Assembly (NCBI RefSeq): GCF_009914755.1
Contig: NC_060941.1
Source of the DNA: the human T2T-CHM13v2.0 reference genome, Homo sapiens
Length of the DNA stretch: 64,000 bases
Direction: 5' to 3' (one strand)
Shown here: one piece after another, positions 1 to 14,564 of the stretch
Numbering within the stretch: the stretch's first letter is position 1
Layout: every line of letters begins with the position of its first letter
Position numbers and translations under genes: made by a program
Notes under the pieces: model-generated
Databases searched by the model: none
Seen by the model: the letters and a program-made list of their open reading frames with translations, nothing else
Told to the model about the DNA's origin: nothing

Positions 1-68
1 TCTGCCCTTTTAAAGTCAGTTGTACTGGAAGATGATAAATAAATTCGTTGCTTTCCTTTTTCCCCTAG

Positions 69-136
69 CTCCTTCGAGAACTCATAGAACGGAAGACCAG
101 CTCCTTGGATCCCAACGATCAGGTGGCCATGGGAAG
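69..136 (+). CDS. AATF: AATF coding exon (4th from last): LLRELIERKTSSLDPNDQVAMG(R)
   Basis: Polypyrimidine tract plus cccctag acceptor and AG|gtaatt donor; 68 nt (phase 0 to 2); peptide recognised as the AATF C-terminal TRAUB region. Confidence 0.96.
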
Positions 137-1234
137 GTAATTTAGATACAGCTTTCTGTTCATGCAAGCAGCCTATGTAATAGTTTCTCCCCTTGAGTCC
201 CTTTAATTCTACCTGCAAAGCAATGATTGGTCCTATAATTATTGAAGTTAAGCAAGTAAGAGCTAGAAAGAAAATGTGACTAATTGTTTACCCTACATTG
301 CCTAAAGTGCAATTTGTAAAGAAATTATAAAACACCTATGTGTTTGTTTTTAGAGTTTGTTTTCCAAAGTCTTTCTTATGCTCTTTGCTCCCTGGTTTTG
401 CATTGTGATTGTATCCATATCAATCTGTTGACCAGTGGATACAAAGCAGCCATCCAAATGTGAGCTCTCAGCTGTCAGAACATGGCACTGCGCACAACAG
501 GTTCTTTGCTCTCAGTCGAATCTGCTTTGTTAGAGTCTGCCCTAATTTAGACCTCCACCTCTTCAGTAAAAGCTTCAGCACAATTAGAAGTGGAACGTGG
601 CAGCATTACCCAGATGTCAGGGCAGAATGTAAAGTAGTGAAGGAAGGCCCTTGTGTGTATGCTTCATCCTGTGGTTGGAAAATAAAAAGGGCATTTAGAA
701 TGCTACCTAATGAATAGTGTACATTTAAATAGCCATGAGCCATAATTTGCAAAAGCATGAAAGGAAACAAAAGCTGCAAGTGCCAGAATGGGATTCTAGG
801 CAGAGCAGCCATTCGAGAAAGCAGTGAAAAATTTGTGTTGATGAAATAATTTTATTTAAGTAAAATATTATGTGAATTTTAGGGTAGGATGTTGATATTT
901 CGTTTATCTCTGGAATGTTATAGAGAGCTGTTCGCTATAAATTTAATGTGATAGAGCAAATTGCATTTAAGTGGTGATTATATTGTACATTTATCTGACT
1001 TTACAATAAAATAGATTATGGTAATTAAGATTATATTAAGATTACAGTAATTGGATTTCCCTAGATTTTTTTTTTCTGGTGTTGAATTTTCGTTGTATAA
1101 ATCAGGTAGGATGACTAGCTGCTGCTGCTGTTTCTCCTTCTTTTTCTTTTTTTCACTTTAGTTCATATGAGCAATTTATGAAGATTTTCTTAGCCTAATA
1201 TCCCTTATTGAAAAATTAATTCCTTCTTATCTAA

Positions 1235-1465
1235 AATGACTGCAGAATATGTGAATCTTGTTTGGATTCTGATCCAAACAAGCCAACTGTAAAATTGAGA
1301 CATTCCAGGAAATGTGAAGACTGACTGAATATTTGATAATAAAGAATTATTGTTGACTTTTTTTTTTAGATGTGGTAATGGTATTGAGATTATATTGAGG
1401 GGAGAAGAGTCCTTATCGCTTCTCTTGTATAGCAACACGTACTGAAATACTTATAGATGAAATGA
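1235..1465 (+). mobile_element. Old L1 (L1M-type) 3' fragment
   Basis: Resembles old L1 3'UTR (gatgtggtaatggtattg, actgaaatacttatagatgaaatga). Confidence 0.55.
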
Positions 1466-1470
1466 AAATT

Positions 1471-1507
1471 AACAATTTAAACAATTTAAACAATTTAAAA
1501 CAATTAA
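1471..1507. repeat. (AACAATTTA)~4 short tandem repeat
   Basis: Directly visible. Confidence 0.85.
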
Positions 1508-1997
1508 AAACTAGTATCAGTAGTGGATAATTATTTAAAAATTAGCAAAAATTGGAAAGCACAAGAAAAAGCACTGGAGGATTACCAAAGGGAAAGTTAG
1601 ATTTTAAAAATTCATGCATTCAAACCAACCAGCAGTTGCAACATTAGTAACAGAACATGCTGCATAGCTAAAACATTAAAAGAAAACCCAAGCAGCTCTA
1701 CTAAATCTGATGGGTTTGCCTGCAGACTGGTAGATTTAGTGCTTGTCACAGCAACTCCAAATACTAAGGAGCATTGTGAACCAAATTTGCTGTAGAATTT
1801 CCCAGCTGCCGTTTGTTTTTTTACCATTGCACAAATCCTGTTCAATTGATTAGTCAGTTTGGCCCCAAACTAGCTTGAGGAACTTAATGTAGGTTGATGA
1901 TTTCTTTCTGCAGGGTTGTTAGAATAATTCCAATTTGTCAATATGTATAACTATTTCTGTTAGTGATGATGCATAACATTGATTGTGAATTTTCCAG

Positions 1998-2078
1998 GCA
2001 GTGGCTTGCAATCCAGAAGTTACGAAGCAAAATCCACAAAAAAGTAGATAGGAAAGCCAGCAAAGGCAGGAAACTTCG
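1998..2078 (+). CDS. AATF: AATF coding exon: (R)[26 protein letters not shown](R)
   Basis: ttttccag acceptor, CG|gtgagt donor; 81 nt, frame continuous with previous exon; conserved [12 protein letters not shown] motif of AATF/Bfr2. Confidence 0.97.
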
Positions 2079-2410
2079 GTGAGTTACTTTTCGGAAAAAA
2101 TGTCAACATATATTGTATATGTATCTCGTCTCTTACATTCTGGCTGTTATGTCATTTTTCTTTTTCTTCTGATGATTCTGTTTTTAAGGATCAGAAAAAT
2201 AAACAATATTTGAAGGTTTATTGCAACTCAGTTTTTCTTATTCTAAAATGGAAATATAGTTTCATTGACTTTTGTGCTACTGTTGTAATAGATGGGTGAA
2301 ATAATATATGCATTCCCTTGAAAGAGAAAAAATAAGAAAACAAAAGTAAAATAGTTGAAATTATATTAACTTTAACAATTAATTTCTATAGAATAATATA
2401 AAAATGTTAT

Positions 2411-2711
<301 letters not shown>

Positions 2712-2981
2712 AATATAAAAATGTTATTGTCTTATTGGTCCATTTTTATGATGCCATATGTGCACACAGTATGCTAAAAAGATATAAGTGAAGGACCACA
2801 GGGAATGTTAACAAAGTTATTAAATGAGAAGAGAAATAAAATGTTTATGAGAAAATAGAGCAATTTCTGACTTTAGGAAAATCCTCCCCTGTGAGCTCTT
2901 TAAGGAGTTTTATAAGGGTACAGATAAAAGAAGGAGCAAGAGTGGAAATTGACCTCGCTATACTTTTAGACTTGGTAACTG

Positions 2982-2983
<2 letters not shown>

Positions 2984-3018
<35 letters not shown>
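2984..3018. repeat. (GT)~17 microsatellite
   Basis: Directly visible. Confidence 0.97.
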
Positions 3019-3022
<4 letters not shown>

Positions 3023-3446
3023 ACAGTGTCATCACACAAAGCCTCAGTGTCAAACTACCTGTAATTCAGGTGCACACTGAGAGAAAATCTTAAACTTGTG
3101 TTAGGATAGTTTTAGGCAGGTAGTTAAACCCACATCCTTATTAGAACCTGCCTATCATTAAATTCCCTTTAGACAAATGTGGGTCTATCTGATTTTTAAA
3201 GATCTTCAGAGAAGTAGATTTCTCAATTACTTTAATGAACTTGTTTTAGTATTTAACACAACTCATCAGGAAATGCTGATTTTTCTTTAACTTTGCAGAA
3301 GTACACAGTATCAACAGCTTTGCAAAGTATCGTCCTTTGATTTAGGGTCGCTTTTTTAAAATCTCAGGTTAAATTGTTATAATTTCTTTACCTCTTTTTA
3401 TGTCTTGAAATTTCCGAATCTTCATAATTCTCTAGGTTCATTTTTA

Positions 3447-3695
3447 GAGGTGAAGAGCATGGACTTAAGACCCAGACTGCCTGAGTTTGAATCCCAGCTT
3501 TGACATTGATTAGTAGTTACTTTGGGCAAGACCCTTAAACTCTGTGCTAGTTTCTTCATCTGTAAAATGGATATGATAATATATCAGCCTTGAATGGTTG
3601 CTGTGACGATTAAATGAATAGGGTGTGTATGGCTCTTAGAATAGTGCCAGGTACATAGTTAAGCACTGTACAAGTGTTTGTTGCCATTATTACTG
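3447..3695 (+). mobile_element. MIR SINE
   Basis: gagtttgaatcccagct...ttcttcatctgtaaaatgg core. Confidence 0.8.
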
Positions 3696-3974
3696 TCATT
3701 ATTATTGCTATCAGTATTCCAAGGTTGGGTCAGTCTCTTTTCCTAGTGTTCATTTATTTGTTTACTGACACGTCTCTTCCGTACCTGTCTCCCCCCAGCC
3801 CCCTTCAAGGATTTAAAGAAAAATGTTACTAATAGTACTTCATAGGTGACTAGGCTGAATGATTATCTTATTTTTTATTTTTGGGATCAAATTTTTCTCC
3901 AATACTGTACTTTTAAAATTGTAATTTTATGAGGACATAAATGTTCTCTAGAAGGAAGAGCTTAGGATTTCAAA

Positions 3975-4160
3975 TCACAAGACTTGCGTTCAAACCCTGA
4001 CTCTGTCTGGTGATATGATTTTGGTTGTTCTTTATTCTCTGGGCCTCACTTTTCTCATTTACTAAGTGGAGGTAATAATCCCTGCTTTGGGGATTTGGTA
4101 TGGGAATTAAATGAAATCATGTGTAAATATCTGGTACATAGTAGGCATTCAAAAATGTTC
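3975..4160 (+). mobile_element. MIR SINE fragment
   Basis: ctctgggcctcacttttctcattt...ggtacatagtaggcattcaaaaatgtt. Confidence 0.7.
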
Positions 4161-4354
4161 AATATATCAGTTTGAAAAGAAAAAACCAGGATTTTGTTTT
4201 AATAGCAACTGCTTTTTATATTAATGAATTCAACTAGCTTCATTAAACTGTTCATTACAGGTATGTGTCAATGCAATTAGATACCTTTGCTTTTGCAGCA
4301 TTTTGATAGCAGTGGAGATCCCCACATTCTCATATCCAGAGGCAGTAAAATCTT

Positions 4355-4643
4355 ATTCTTTTTAAACAGAGTTTAAAAAGAGGCATTCTTTTTAAACAGA
4401 GTTTAAAAAGAGGCATTCTTTTTAAACAGAGTTTAAAAAGAGGCATTCTTTTTAAACAGAGTTTAAAAAGAGGCATTCTTTTTAAACAGAGTTTAAAAAG
4501 AGGCATTCTTTTTAAACAGAGTTTAAAAAGAGGCATTCTTTTTAAACAGAGTTTAAAAAGAGGCATTCTTTTTAAACAGAGTTTAAAAAGAGGCATTCTT
4601 TTTAAACAGAGTTTAAAAAGAGGCATTCTTTTTAAACAGAGTT
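4355..4643. repeat. Perfect 30-bp minisatellite (ATTCTTTTTAAACAGAGTTTAAAAAGAGGC) x9.6 with internal inverted repeat
   Basis: Nine identical units plus a 19-nt partial unit. Confidence 0.98.
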
Positions 4644-4743
4644 AAACATGAAAACATAGTAAGTGGTTTTAGTGTCCTTCACCTTCTAAGAAGATGGTCA
4701 TTAGGTGGTAGTTAAGACCCAGTCTGCCCTCAGGGAGCATACA

Positions 4744-5099
4744 CAGTCATTTGTGCTATCTGTGGAGGATTGGTTCCAGGACGCACAAACAGCCCCACAC
4801 CCCCACCCCTGCAGAAACCAAAATCCACAATGCTCAAGTTCCTTATATAAAGTGGCATAGTATTTGCATATAACCTACACACATCCTCCCTATACTTTAA
4901 ATCATCTCTAGATTACTTATAATACCTAGTTCAATATGAACGCCATGTAAATAATTATTACACTACACTGTTTAGAATAATAAGAAAAAAAATTGGGACA
5001 TATTCAATATAGACACAATCATTTATGTCTTAAGTATTTTTGATCCATGGTTGATTAAATCTGTGGATGCTGAACCCACAGCATCAGAGAGCCAACTAG
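4744..5099 (+). mobile_element. MER2 (TcMar-Tigger MITE)
   Basis: ggattggttccaggac...ccaaaatccac...tagtatttgcatataacctac matches recalled MER2. Confidence 0.85.
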
Positions 5100-5224
5100 T
5101 CTGGAGAGGATGGCAGACCCTAGCCGACTGAGGTGCTGTGTGGGAGGTGTAGCAGTAGAAATAATCCTGCTCCACCCTTGAGGGATGCAGACTGCTCAGG
5201 AAGACTTGCACAAGACGACTTCCT

Positions 5225-6560
<1,336 letters not shown>

Positions 6561-6714
6561 TTGTGATCACATTTCTTCACATGAAATGCCTTTGGTTACT
6601 GAAGAGTTCCAGAAACTGCAAACTAAAACTTTCCATACTTGAAAGGCCTCTAGAATTTCTGTGTAAACTTTTACTATCTTGATTAGTTTGTTTCATAAAA
6701 GCCTTTTGGAATCC

Positions 6715-7225
6715 AGTTGTAAAGGGAATGAGAGAAATAGAAAACCACCACTAGGGAAGCCCCACAGTAATAATTTTTGCAGGCAAGGTCCACAATAGAT
6801 GCTAAAATCAATGGGCAAAAATTTGAGGAGAAACTGTATTTATTTGGTCTCTAAGTATCTCCCCCAAGATATTTGTCCATTACAAAGAGAAACATAGTGG
6901 CTTTGCAATAATCTAGCAGATGCCACCTTAACCAAGTGTTCAAGATGAACAGCACCAGTAAAAAGACATATCTATACCCCCTGTGTCTTCAGTAGAAAGA
7001 TACAACATCATTTCTGTGGTATTCTTGCAAAAAAATGCCTAACCTTAATCTCATCATAAAACAGCATACAAATCCACATTGTGAGACACTCTACCAAATA
7101 AATGACCAGTACTCATCAAGTGTCAAAGTAATGATAAAACAAGGACTGAGGAACTGTCACAGATTGCAGGAGACTAAGGAGACATCACAGCAAGGTGTAA
7201 TGTGGGGTCTTGGAAGCCCAAAATT
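6715..7225 (+). mobile_element. L1MC-type 3' fragment
   Basis: caccttaaccaagtg, gactgaggaactgtcacagattg...gagactaaggagacat. Confidence 0.7.
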
Positions 7226-7424
7226 ATTACAGAACAAAAAGTTTTTAATGTAAGTTCATGTGTGTTGAATTGGTTTTGGTTTTGTCATCTGTACTCACCT
7301 GGCTCATCTTGAGACCATAAATGTGAGGATGTGGTCAGAATCAGAGAGTAGTCTTTACTCATAGCAATAGCGTAAGAACTAACATCTCCAGAAATCCCAG
7401 GTCAGGCACTGCTAATCAGTTTAC

Positions 7425-7715
7425 ATGCGGAGGCAGAAAGAGCATAAGCTCTGGAGCCAAACTGCCTAGGTTTGAAAGCTGACTTTTCCATTTCCCGGCC
7501 TTGAGACTTTGAACAAATTACTTTACATCTCTGTGCTTCAATTTCCTCATCTGTGAAAGGAGTATAATCATAGAAGTGACAATTTTATAGGGTGGTTATG
7601 CAGACTAAATGAGCTAATTCATGTGATGTAACATCCCCAGTGTTACATAGTAAGTAGCAAACTGGGATTTGAACTAATTGGTCTGATTCCAGAGCCTGTT
7701 CTTCTAATCTCTGGA
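7425..7715. mobile_element. MIR (+) followed by MIR (-) fragment
   Basis: ctctggagccaaactgcctaggtttgaa...ttcctcatctgtgaaa, then gtaagtagcaaactgggatttgaac. Confidence 0.7.
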
Positions 7716-8477
7716 TCTTGAGTTGTTTCACTGGCAGGACCAACCCTATACAGGCACCAGAATGACATCTTGGCCACCTTAGCATCCTTTCCTAAGGGGT
7801 TAAACCAAGTGGCCCCCCAGGCTAGATGAGAATATTATAAACAACTTTCTTGAGTTAAACTTCAAGAACAGACAGTGTATGCCAGCTGTCATCACTGATA
7901 CTAGGTCCCACCATTGAGCAATTTTTGCTCCTTGTTTGTGATAGGGTTGTATATGTAAGACTTCCAGAAATGTTGTAGCAAAGATTAACATTACCTTCTG
8001 GAAACAGTTTAAATAATAACACTTCATTAGTTTAAATGGTACAGCCTGGTCAGACTTGCTAATTGGATGCTAGAAAATAACGTTTTTTAAAAAAACAAAT
8101 ATTTTGGTTTTTGGAAATACAGTAATTATAATTATTGATTGTCAGTATTCTACTCAGCATTACATATAAGTGGATTTAGTTATGATTTAATCAGAAATCA
8201 TAATGTAAATGGATCAAACTCCCAAGCCTTTAATAATATGACGTCTTACTGTGTTGGTCTGTTCTTCCACAACAAAATAATATTTGTCTTTTCTTAGTAT
8301 GGTTGGTAAAAGATGATTTAATATTAAAACATACACCCATTTGCAGTGGCACCGAGACTAGATGCTAAGTACAGATTACTAAATGGTCTTTAATCTGATT
8401 TCTTCCTAAAGCCTGTATTTCATCATGTAGTTAATAGTTATTAACTATATTGTATTAAATGTAAAGATATTCTACAG

Positions 8478-8797
8478 AGCAGTACCATCTAATAAAAATA
8501 TTAATATGTATTATATATGCAATTTTAAATGTTCTAGTAGCGACATTGAAAAAGTAAAAAGAAAAAGATGAACTTAATTTTAGTGACATTTCATTTAACC
8601 CAATATATAAAAATATTATTTCAACAATTTACTATTTTAAGAATTATTAGTGATATGTATTTTTTTTGTCCCAAGTCTTCAGAATCTCGTTTGTATATTA
8701 TACTTAATTACAGTACATCTCAATTCAGACTAGCCCCATTTCAAATGCACAGTAACCACGTGTGGCTAGTAGCTACTGTATTGCATAACACAACTGT
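8478..8797. mobile_element. MER33-like hAT-Charlie MITE
   Basis: catctcaattcagactagcc...cacgtgtggctagtagctac end. Confidence 0.75.
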
Positions 8798-9083
8798 AGG
8801 GTACAGTTCATAGTCTTTGTCCAGAAAGTGAATTAAAGCCGTCTGTGGACACAGCCAAGAATAGTAATCATACTTTCAGATGGACACTGAAGTTTAGTGA
8901 GGCCTAAGGACATTAAAAGATATATTTAATTAACAGTATTTTTGGTTTATATTTAAATAAAAAGGTTATATAAATATTTATGCTCATACATTGACATAAC
9001 TTTTGGGAAGGCATTTTGACTCAGTCAAGTTTACATATACATACCTTTCAACTCAGCAATTTCACATCTAAGAGTTATGTATT

Positions 9084-9399
9084 GGCCAGGCTCAGTGGCT
9101 TATGCTTGTAATTCCAGCACTTTGGGAGACTGAGGTGGGAGGATCACTTGAATTTAGGAATTTGAGACCAGCCTGGACAACATAGCAAGACCCTCTCTCT
9201 ACCAAAAAAAAAAATTTAAAAATTAGCCAGGCATGGTGGTGCACACCTCTAGTCCCAGCTCCTTGGTGGTGGTCGGGGCTGGGAGGCAGAGGTGGGGGGA
9301 TGGCTTGAGCCTGGGAGGTCAAGGCTGTAGTGAGCCGTGATCGCACACTGCACTCCAGCCTGAGCAACAAAGCAAGACCCTATCTCAAAAAAACAAAAC
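9084..9399 (+). mobile_element. AluJ
   Basis: Alu dimer with J-type features (gaggtcaaggctgtagtgagcc). Confidence 0.9.
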
Positions 9400-9456
9400 A
9401 TCACCAACAAAAAAACAAGGATACATAGAGGCCTTTTTTATAAAAAGTGAAGAATT

Positions 9457-9760
9457 AGACTGGGCATGGTGGCTCACGCCTGTAATCCGAGCACTTTTGG
9501 AGGCCAACACAGGTGGATCACTCAAGTCCAGGAGTTCTAGACCAGCCTGGGCAACATAGTGAAACCCCATCTCTACTAAAAATACACATATTAGCTGGGC
9601 ATGGTGGTACACTCCTGTAGTTCCAGCTACTCAGGAGGCTGAGGTGAGAGGATGGCCTGAACCTGCGAGTCAGAGGTTGCAGTGAGCCGAGATAGCACCA
9701 CTCCATTCCAGCCTGGGTGACAGTGAGACCCTGTCTCAACAACAACAACAGCAACAAAAA
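9457..9760 (+). mobile_element. Alu (J/S) with (CAA)n tail, TSD AAAAGTGAAGAATT
   Basis: Alu dimer and flanking duplication. Confidence 0.92.
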
Positions 9761-10004
9761 GTGAAGAATTAGAAGCAATGTATGTGTTCAAAAATATGAA
9801 AATAGGGTACTTCTGTTCCTACGGTTATATGCAGCTATTTATAAATTGTTTATGGGACATTGCTTATAAGGCTAGGTGAGAAAAGAATTCATTCAAAATT
9901 GTGTGAATATATATATATATAAGGATCATTATGTGAAACAAACGTAACAACAATTGTCTATAGGTAGAAGGATTGTGTGTGGGATTTTTTGTTTGTTTGT
10001 TTTT

Positions 10005-10953
<949 letters not shown>

Positions 10954-11047
10954 CAACTGTATGTGTTTTCTGTGTGGTTTGGTTTTTTTTTCAATTTTCT
11001 GTATTTTATACCTTTTGTATTACTTTTTTTCTGGGTTGGTGTGGGGG

Positions 11048-11165
11048 TATAGACAGGGTCTTACTATGTTGTCCAGGCTAGTTTTGAACTCCTAGTCTCA
11101 AGCAATCCTTCTGCCTCAGCCTCCCCAAGTGCTGAGATTACAGGCATGAGCCACCACACCCTGCC
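11048..11165 (-). mobile_element. Alu monomer/FLAM fragment
   Basis: Alu left-arm antisense sequence. Confidence 0.8.
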
Positions 11166-12056
11166 TCTATTACTTGTATAATAGGAAAAATCTTAACCAG
11201 TATTATTCTTGTAAAATTCATTTGTTGAGATAAAGAATTACCTTTGGGAGGCTGAGCTGTGGGTGATATAATAAATAATTAAATTATTTGATATGTGTAA
11301 AAATGTTCCTAAAACTTTAAAATATTATGTATTAAATACATGAAAATACCACATTTTGTTTTATGGATAGTGTTTTGCCCTAGTAGAGTTTTTTGGGTTA
11401 GAATTTTATTTTATGTATATAGAGAGGGCACATTATAATGAGTAGAAAAGGATACCCCTTTGAATTATCTTTGGTATGATTTGGTCTGTATAAGGTCATA
11501 TATTTTCTAGAGCATCTCAAACACATCATACAAAATATTTTTTTTTCCATTTGGTGGGAAATGTAGGTGATATAACTTAAACTTCCATAGTACCTAGACT
11601 GAAGATCTAGGAATCAAACTTACTGTGAATTCAGTTGTGTTTCTCCATTTAAAGGTGGGGGAAATGAAAGACCCCCTGGATCTAGTGCATGGAGATGACG
11701 TGGAATTGCAGACCCCTTTTCTGCCTTGGGGAACCAGTGGCAGTGTGTGTGGTGTTGGTGAGGTGTTGCATTCAGATACTGTACCACTACCTGTGCTGCT
11801 GCCAGTAGATGGCTTTTGTGACATCTATTAAAATGAAAAATGCTTAAGATATATGTAGAGGAAGAAAATGAGGTAGTCAATTCCTCATTGTCTTTAGTCT
11901 GGAATAATGTTTAAGGGTTGTATATTGCTCAAAAGCACAAGTGTACCTGTTCTTTTTTGGGGCTGTACTATAAATGAATCTGTGTTGAACTGTCATTTAC
12001 AGTATACTGTTATCAGACTTTTCTCCTGTAGCATTAGGGAAAAAGGGAAAAATGTA

Positions 12057-12398
12057 CAGTCAGCCCTACATATTTGTGAGTTCCACATCAGTGGATTCAA
12101 CCAACCACAGATTGAAAATATTCAGGCATGGGGAAAGGAATGTCTGTACCTGTGAACAAGTGCAGACTTTTTTCTCGTCATTATTCCCTGAACAATACAT
12201 TGTACAACTATTTACATAGCATTTACATTGCATTAAGTATTTTAAGTAATCTAGAGATGAATTAAGTATATGGGAGCATGTGTGTAGATTACATGCAAAT
12301 ACTATGCCATTTTATATAAGGAACTTGAGCATCCGTGGATTTTTGTATCCATAGAGAGTCCTGGAACCATTCCTCCACAGATACCATGGGATGACTGT
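12057..12398 (-). mobile_element. MER2 (TcMar-Tigger MITE) with TA flanks
   Basis: tacagtc...gactgta ends; reverse complement of the MER2 at 4744. Confidence 0.85.
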
Positions 12399-12568
12399 AG
12401 TTGGTCATCCCAATGACAGTGGTAAGTGCCTATGAATTTTTCCCTATCCCACTTTGTACCCAGATGTTCCAGTGATCAGTTCTGGAGTTTGTTAACTCAC
12501 TGAATGTGTTTCCTCTCCTAGGTTAATAGTTACTAATGTTGCTGCCTGTTGCTTCCTGCTTTATTTAG

Positions 12569-12640
12569 GTTTCATGTCCTTAGCAAGCTACTGAGTTTCA
12601 TGGCACCTATTGACCATACTACAATGAATGATGATGCCAG
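12569..12640 (+). CDS. AATF: AATF penultimate exon: (R)[23 protein letters not shown](R)
   Basis: TACTAAT branch point at 12531, ttatttag acceptor, AG|gtgagt donor; 72 nt, in frame; KLxxFMAP motif. Confidence 0.97.
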
Positions 12641-13139
12641 GTGAGTAATAGATTAATTATGTGTCTCAAATGGCTTCATGACAGCCTGATATTGACCTGC
12701 TCTACAGCCTTCGCCCTCTCCATTTCTTCTTATCAGTTAACCATTTGTCATTGGCATCGCAGTAAGGGTCACATCTCTTCACCCTCATAATTACTATAAA
12801 ACCAAACCAAAAACTTGCATAAATTTCAGTGCTGCCTTTGGTGGTTTGTTTGTTTTTCCTGTTTTGTTTTGAACTTTAGCCCAGCGCCCTGGGACATGTG
12901 AGCTCTCTAGGACAGGGCAGGTGGCCCATGTTCTTGCCGTTTGTACTTGGGGCTGTTGTGCATATGCTTTCCTTTTGAAAGTGGCTCTAGTGAGTGCTCT
13001 GGAGATGTGCATATGTTGTATTTGTTGGGGATTGTGAGTGTTTTTACAAAAGATGTATATGCTTATTTTATAAAGCTGAAACGAGAGAAATACAGAAAAA
13101 AAGTGTATGCTCATAATATTACCGTTCAGGGATAACCTT

Positions 13140-13565
13140 TTTAAAATAATAGTTTCTTCTGTATCTATTAATTGGCATTCTATAATGAAGAGCTTCCTCT
13201 TCTCCCTCATTTATTTACCATTTATTTATTCATTTATATCAATATGGACTCATGTTTTCCTATTTTATTCAATGAGTTATGTTTATTTTGATATTAAAAT
13301 TGTCCCAGATAGTGGAAGTGCCGTCAAACTGGCTTGTGTCCTTCAAAGTTGTCTTCAGTCAATCTTTGAGTACTTCCTTACTTTCTGGCACAAGAAGATG
13401 TTTAATGCTCATCTTAGACTTTCCATCTTCCAGCCCTGAAATCAGTCTTTCTTGAAGGAGCCCTGGCTCTGTTTAGTGGATTGTGGTATTTAGAAACCAA
13501 GATCTAGGTACTAGGGGTGCTCCTTGTTAGTGAGTATTGCTATTTCTAGACCTGTCAGCAGAGAC
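13140..13565 (-). mobile_element. L1MC-type 3' fragment
   Basis: aaggagccctgg...gtatttagaaaccaagatct. Confidence 0.7.
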
Positions 13566-14564
13566 GGGAAGTGTATGTATATACACTCACACCTACACAG
13601 AAGACAGCCACTTTTAACATCTTACAGCATTTCATTTCAGTTTTTGTAAGTTCCCTTTCAGTATTTTCCTGTTTTTCTTTTTTATATTGAAATTATATTC
13701 AGGAAATGTTTTATATACTGAGAGCATTTTCATGTCGTTAAAATAATTAAAATTTTTCAATGACGAAATAATATTGTTATAATATTTATTTAGCCATTCA
13801 CTGATTGTTGGACATTTAAATGGCTTTTAATTGTCATCATTGTAAATAATGCTATGAGAAGCATTTTTAAACATATTTACCAAGTGAAATTATTGGTCAT
13901 AACATAGGCACAGGTGGTTTTTGCCAGTTTTATCCCTCAAACTACATATAAACTTTTTATTTTAGAGTATTTTGTTTGCTACCAAATGCCATCAGATTTT
14001 CCCCTCCTTGTCTGAAAGTATGAGATCTGCAAATTTTGACAAATACTATTATTATTTTTTATTTGGTTTATTCAGTACTTTGAGCACAAAACAGCCTATG
14101 GATGGTTCTGAGTACATTTGTGTCTGGCTTTGTGACCACATCTGCTATCCTGTGCTTTGCAAGTGAATGTCTAGATATGGCCATGGTTTTTTGTTCATTT
14201 CTGGATCCAGTCTGTTTAAAAATTGCAGAGTAAAGTGAGTGCATCTTAGATTCCCTGTCAGGATGCTGTGAAAAAATTATATCAAGAAGAAAGCAAAACT
14301 AGATTTTGAAAATTAAACCAAACCCTTTAAGGTTACGTTATTATCCCAGGCATAAAATGAAATCTAGTTTAGATATTAGTGGTATCTTTTGATCATAGTA
14401 CTATGAAATCATTCAGAAATCAACTTTATGCCATTCTTAGTTGGAATTTTACTTGAATCCCTTGAGGTGTACTTAGTTTTTCCAGAATCTTACCAATATT
14501 AACTCCTAATTTTTGAAGGTCTACTATTTGCTAGACATAAAAATTATTTGAAAATGACTCTATT

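Noticed and set aside
4330-4626. ORF (MPLFKLCLKR)n and CRISPR-like look of the palindromic 30-bp repeat
   Set aside because: The ORF stays open only because the unit is a stop-free multiple of 3. There are no variable spacers or cas genes, and the DNA is human intron.
12569-12640. Alu-driven circRNA of the penultimate exon
   Set aside because: Inverted Alus flank it, but a 72-nt single-exon circle is implausibly short.
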